Assembly (NCBI GenBank): GCA_018816815.1
Contig: JAHIVD010000050.1
Span: 1-34,674 of the forward strand
DNA length: 34,674 nt
From: Patescibacteria group bacterium
GTDB lineage: Bacteria > Patescibacteriota > Microgenomatia > Daviesbacterales > UBA10151
Reading direction: 5' to 3'
Position numbers and translations under genes: made by a program. Below the pieces are notes generated by a model. The model saw only the letters and a program-made list of their open reading frames with translations. It had not been told where the DNA came from and did not search any database. Of the stretch, positions 32,275-34,674 are shown piece after piece. Every line of letters begins with the position of its first letter. Within the stretch, counting starts at the first letter, position 1.

Positions 32275-33339
32275 TTAGCGAAGGCCGCCTGTTACTTTTA
32301 CTTTTGAAAGTAAATCCAAATTATCCAAAAGCTCACCACAACCCCTTGCTACTGCTGTTAATGGGTCGGTAGTTACATAAACAGGCATTTTTGTTTCTTC
32401 GGCAATTTTTTTGTCCAGACCACGAAGCAGCGCTCCGCCACCTGCCAAAAAAATCCCCCGCTCTACTATGTCTGTTAAAAGTTCCGGCGGTGTTTCTTCT
32501 AAAATACCCTGGATCGCAGAAATAATTTGGGAAATAACCGGAGTCAGTGTTTCTCTAATTTCAGCTGCTGAGATTTTTACGGATTTTGGTAATCCATTTG
32601 ACAAATCCCTACCCCTGATCACGGTTGCTGCATTATCTTTACTATCAATAGGATACGCAGAACCTATTTCTACTTTTGCTTCCTCAGCAGTACGCTCACC
32701 AATCAACATTCCATAACGCACACGCATGTAATTAATAATTTTCTCATCCATTTCATCACCTGCCATACGCAAAGATTTATTAATCACCATTCCTCCCAAA
32801 GATATAACTGCTGCTTCAGTAGTGCCACCGCCAATATCAACAATCATTACCCCTTCCGGATCTTCAATCGGAAGTTTACTTCCAATTGCCGCTGCCATCG
32901 GCTCTTCAATAAGATATGCTTCCCTGGCTCCAGCTGAAAGACATGCGTCCTGCACTGCCCTTCTCTCAACCGCAGTTACACCAGAGGGAATACCGACCAC
33001 TACTCTGGGCCTTGGAACCTTTGGCAGTGAAAAAATGCCTTTCTCAGGGGTTTCATGAACCTTGCGGATAAAAAATTTAAGCATTGCCTCAGTAGTATCA
33101 AAATCAGAAATAACTCCACCTCTTAACGGTCTAATTGCTTCTATTGCAGCAGGGGTTCTACCCAGCATTCTTTTGGCTTCAGTCCCTATTGCTAAAATCT
33201 GTCTGGTTTTTTTATGCAGAGCAACAACAGTTGGTTCACGGATCACAATTCCTTTGCCTTTAACTAAAACAAGAGTATTAACAGTTCCTAAATCTATACC
33301 TACATCATAAGAGAGTAATTGCCAAATACGACCAAACAT
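32275..33339 (-). CDS. mreB: rod shape-determining actin homolog MreB
   Basis: VGIDLGTVNTLV, EPMAAAIG, VDIGGGTTE, GI.L.GGGALL.GLD. Confidence 0.95.
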   Translation of the reverse strand: MFGRIWQLLSYDVGIDLGTVNTLVLVKGKGIVIREPTVVALHKKTRQILAIGTEAKRMLGRTPAAIEAIRPLRGGVISDFDTTEAMLKFFIRKVHETPEKGIFSLPKVPRPRVVVGIPSGVTAVERRAVQDACLSAGAREAYLIEEPMAAAIGSKLPIEDPEGVMIVDIGGGTTEAAVISLGGMVINKSLRMAGDEMDEKIINYMRVRYGMLIGERTAEEAKVEIGSAYPIDSKDNAATVIRGRDLSNGLPKSVKISAAEIRETLTPVISQIISAIQGILEETPPELLTDIVERGIFLAGGGALLRGLDKKIAEETKMPVYVTTDPLTAVARGCGELLDNLDLLSKVKVTGGLR

Positions 33340-33459
33340 GATGGGAGTTTAACATATTAAATATTTGCATAACAATGCTGTTTTACAATCTTCAATAATA
33401 TAAAAACCAACATTAACTCCCTTGTTCTAAAAAATTACTTCTGTTAGCATAATCTTGAA

Positions 33460-34674
33460 ATGCTAGACAAAATTATTTCCTATTCTTTTTATCTGCTTTT
33501 TTTCCTAACCCCTCTTTTTTGGACATCTTTAAATTATGAACTCTTTGAATATAACAAAATGATTTTAGTTTATGGCTTTACTGTAGTAATAATTGGAGTC
33601 TGGCTGCTTAAAGCAATAAATGATAAACGACTAACAATTAAACGCACACCGCTTGATATTCCTTTTCTTTTATTTTTCGGGGCAAATATTCTATCAACAA
33701 TTTTCTCTATTGACCCCCATACCTCTGTTTGGGGATATTATTCCCGTTCAAACGGCGGACTCCTGTCTCTTACATCTTATCTTCTACTATATTGGGCTTT
33801 TGTTTCCAACATGAATTTTGAAAAAGTTAAGACTGTCCTCAAATTCGGATTGGTTTCCGGATTTTTAATTTCCATTTGGGCAATCTTTGAACATTTCGGA
33901 GTTTCTTTTTCTTGCGTAATTTTAAGAGGTGAATTTAATGCCTCTTGTTGGATACAAAATGTCCAAGACCGGGTTTTTGCCACACTAGGTCAACCCAACT
34001 GGTTAGCAGTTTACCTTGCCATGCTGATTTTTCCTGCTTTATTTTTCCTCCTAACTGCAACCAAAAAATCATTACGCATTTTACATTTTACAATGTTAAT
34101 TGTCTTCTACCTGGCTTTTACTTTTACTTATTCCAGAGGTCCGACACTAGGTTTGATTGGCGGAATGACCGTATTTCTATTCTTCTACATCATGATACAA
34201 AGCAGAATAGTAAAGTCACAAGCAATTAAAAATTCCAGCGGAGTTGAACGCGTCTTATATTCAGTAACCAAAATGCTATTTAGCGCAAATCAAGCTTTAA
34301 GCAAGAAACCCAATCGTACGAGCGGCTTTTTACCTACTGACAAACCAATATTAGGATTTCGATTATTATTAATGGTAGTTGCTTCGTTTGTAATCATTAA
34401 CCTTCTTTTCGGCTCAGCCTTAACTGATTTCAAACTAATTTCCAAATTTGCCCCTCCTGCCAGACCAGGAATAATCCTACCTGCCTCTGTTGGTACTCAG
34501 CTGGAAAATGGCGGCACTGAATCAGGTCAAATCAGATTAATTGTATGGCGCGGGGCTTTGGATATTTTCAAGAATTATCCAATTTTTGGTTCAGGCTTGG
34601 AAACATTTGCCTATTCTTATTATCAATATCGCCCCATCTCTCATAATCTAACCTCTGAATGGGACTTCTTATAC
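33460..34674 (+). CDS. polytopic membrane protein, O-antigen ligase/Wzy_C-like (partial; continues past the right edge)
   Basis: ATG at 33460, open for 405 codons to the window end, and absent from the track because there is no stop. The translation starts MLDKIISYSFYLLFFLTPLFWTS. It has many hydrophobic segments. The core FTFTYSRGPTLGLIGG resembles the Wzy_C Y/F-SRG motif. Confidence 0.6.
   Translation, partial: MLDKIISYSFYLLFFLTPLFWTSLNYELFEYNKMILVYGFTVVIIGVWLLKAINDKRLTIKRTPLDIPFLLFFGANILSTIFSIDPHTSVWGYYSRSNGGLLSLTSYLLLYWAFVSNMNFEKVKTVLKFGLVSGFLISIWAIFEHFGVSFSCVILRGEFNASCWIQNVQDRVFATLGQPNWLAVYLAMLIFPALFFLLTATKKSLRILHFTMLIVFYLAFTFTYSRGPTLGLIGGMTVFLFFYIMIQSRIVKSQAIKNSSGVERVLYSVTKMLFSANQALSKKPNRTSGFLPTDKPILGFRLLLMVVASFVIINLLFGSALTDFKLISKFAPPARPGIILPASVGTQLENGGTESGQIRLIVWRGALDIFKNYPIFGSGLETFAYSYYQYRPISHNLTSEWDFLY

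Noticed and set aside
1-34674. Alternative genetic code (UGA recoding, as in some CPR lineages), plus a scan of the spacers for CRISPR arrays, tRNA or rRNA genes, and transposases or integrases.
   Set aside because: Long motif-bearing ORFs are uninterrupted under the standard code, and TGA terminates mrdA at the expected length. No spacer contains regularly spaced repeats, cloverleaf-like GC-rich segments or recombinase motifs.

Overview
AT-rich, very gene-dense window. Almost everything from 24.4 kb down to position 1 is coded on the minus strand. It reads as core chromosome of a reduced-genome bacterium. I infer Patescibacteria/CPR-like from miniaturised housekeeping proteins, K/E-rich tails and small signal-anchored proteins of unknown function; no marker RNA is present to confirm this. 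The standard genetic code is used (TGA and TAA both terminate well-supported genes). No rRNA, tRNA, CRISPR array or transposase was seen.

Content, in minus-strand reading order:
- A cell-shape block: mreB, then mreC-mreD-mrdA. It is split by pyrD-like, a HAD hydrolase, and plus-strand pyrF and pyrE-like.
- A DinJ/YafQ-type toxin-antitoxin pair next to a decayed ORF.
- dprA, then a five-gene insert that includes a membrane-anchored double-AAA+ Clp/Hsp100-like ATPase and an orphan Phd/YefM-like antitoxin, then topA.
- A contiguous dTTP/CTP block: pyrG-tmk-x-dcd-dcd paralog-thyA-folA.
- A trimmed version of the Firmicute-type cluster: rpsB-tsf-frr-rseP-x-(T-box)-csaA-like-proS.
- tig, a HIT protein, rpsU, yqeY, ybeY, dnaX and the first 29 codons of glyA.
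- A partial O-antigen-ligase-like membrane protein (plus strand) runs off the right edge.

I did not find a convincing multi-gene novel system such as a defence island. The items most worth a second look are:
1. An unannotated T-box riboswitch (about 6685-6866, minus strand) with a compact Stem I. It is followed by a broken or frameshifted ORF and controls a csaA-like/INS-less proS operon.
2. The transmembrane-anchored, M-domain-less, ClpP-loop-less Clp/Hsp100 homolog and the small-gene block that interrupts dprA-topA.
3. Remodelled housekeeping proteins: a PPIase-less trigger factor, a ProRS with a Cys4 mini-insert in place of INS, and a Dcd paralog lacking the catalytic Glu.

All family calls come from reading motifs by eye; no searches were run.
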